This document shows positions 63,348 through 64,000 of a DNA stretch of 64,000 nt, piece by piece. Position 1 is the first letter of the stretch; each line of letters begins with the position of its first letter. The translations under genes and the position numbers were made by a program. Below the pieces are notes generated by a model. It was not told where the DNA came from. It made no database searches and saw nothing but the letters and a program-made list of their open reading frames with translations. Source of the DNA: Candidatus Multivoradales bacterium (GTDB taxonomy: Bacteria > Acidobacteriota > Thermoanaerobaculia > Multivoradales > J023); contig CBDFLE010000005.1 of NCBI GenBank assembly GCA_965248925.1, forward strand, positions 1,280,001 to 1,344,000, written 5' to 3'.

Positions 63348-64000
63348 TCAGACCTCGAGCAGCGTTTGCGCAAGCTCTTGCGAAGTCGAAGATTCGGACT
63401 CTAATTGGGGGTCGTAGACATCAACGCCACAGGAAAAGCGAAAGTCAAATTCCACCAGTCTTGTCTTCGGCCCCTTCTGAAAGGAACGAGTCTGACTGTT
63501 GTCTGTCGATGATGTCGACCTCTCTAACAGCTCACAAGTTCTTCCGAAACCAACAGACAAAGAAGTACCGAGATTCTCGGTCACACACTCTATATCGAGA
63601 GTTTTTCCGCCGATTCTGATGACTACTTGCGCATTCCTGGCCAGCAGTGGTTTGACTCCCCTCCAAGATTCAGCGAGGAACTTCCAGTAGCGCTCAGGAG
63701 AAACGTGCCGGTCATCGCTACCTTTACTCCGCACCGGCCGAGGGGATCCGCCAAGAAACCAGAGCCTCAACCATTGATCTTCCTCAAAGTTGGTCGTATC
63801 GAGGTAGGGAGGTGACGTGATAATTAGGTTCACCGTTCCCTTCCATCTAGGGAATGACCGATAGGCCGTTCTGGCGTCTCGAAGAGCAACGCGCCCACGA
63901 AACTCGGCTGGGTCTGATTCGAATCTGTACAGGGCTTCTTGTCGAAGGACTCGGAAAACATCTCGTTTCGGGGGCAAGTATCCCTCGCGACGCCACCAGC
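63348..64000 (-). CDS. DNA methyltransferase, C-terminal part (5' partial; SPPY suggests m4C type)
   Basis: LIITSPPY catalytic motif; the frame stays open to the window end. Confidence 0.75.
   Translation of the reverse strand, partial: WWRREGYLPPKRDVFRVLRQEALYRFESDPAEFRGRVALRDARTAYRSFPRWKGTVNLIITSPPYLDTTNFEEDQWLRLWFLGGSPRPVRSKGSDDRHVSPERYWKFLAESWRGVKPLLARNAQVVIRIGGKTLDIECVTENLGTSLSVGFGRTCELLERSTSSTDNSQTRSFQKGPKTRLVEFDFRFSCGVDVYDPQLESESSTSQELAQTLLEV

Overview
GC-rich bacterial chromosomal window. The duplicated C-terminal domain of the first ORF and the ECF-sigma/Ser-Thr kinase pair suggest Acidobacteriota (Thermoanaerobaculia-like); this is inference only. Contents: a partial large secreted Cys-rich/Ig-like protein, a complete ISL3 element, MscS, a sigma54 two-component module, WS/DGAT lipid genes, sbnA/sbnB-like genes, recCBD, a protease-nuclease fusion, toxin-antitoxin genes, a decaying pseudogene block between two 61-bp repeats, a propeller/di-heme protein, sppA, an alkA-ogt operon ending in a probable AhpD-like selenoprotein, a MacAB-type exporter and a partial DNA methyltransferase. 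The standout is at 18.6-23.5 kb. Two homologous peptides of 57 and 59 aa, both missed by the ORF track, share an S-x-x-F-x-x-W-[QE]-P-W-x-P motif. They flank a ComQ-like prenyltransferase translationally coupled to a ComP-like PDZ/multi-TM/GAF hybrid histidine kinase. This is a candidate prenylated-peptide (ComQXP-like) signalling system with unusual architecture. All calls come from reading the sequence by eye; no searches were run.
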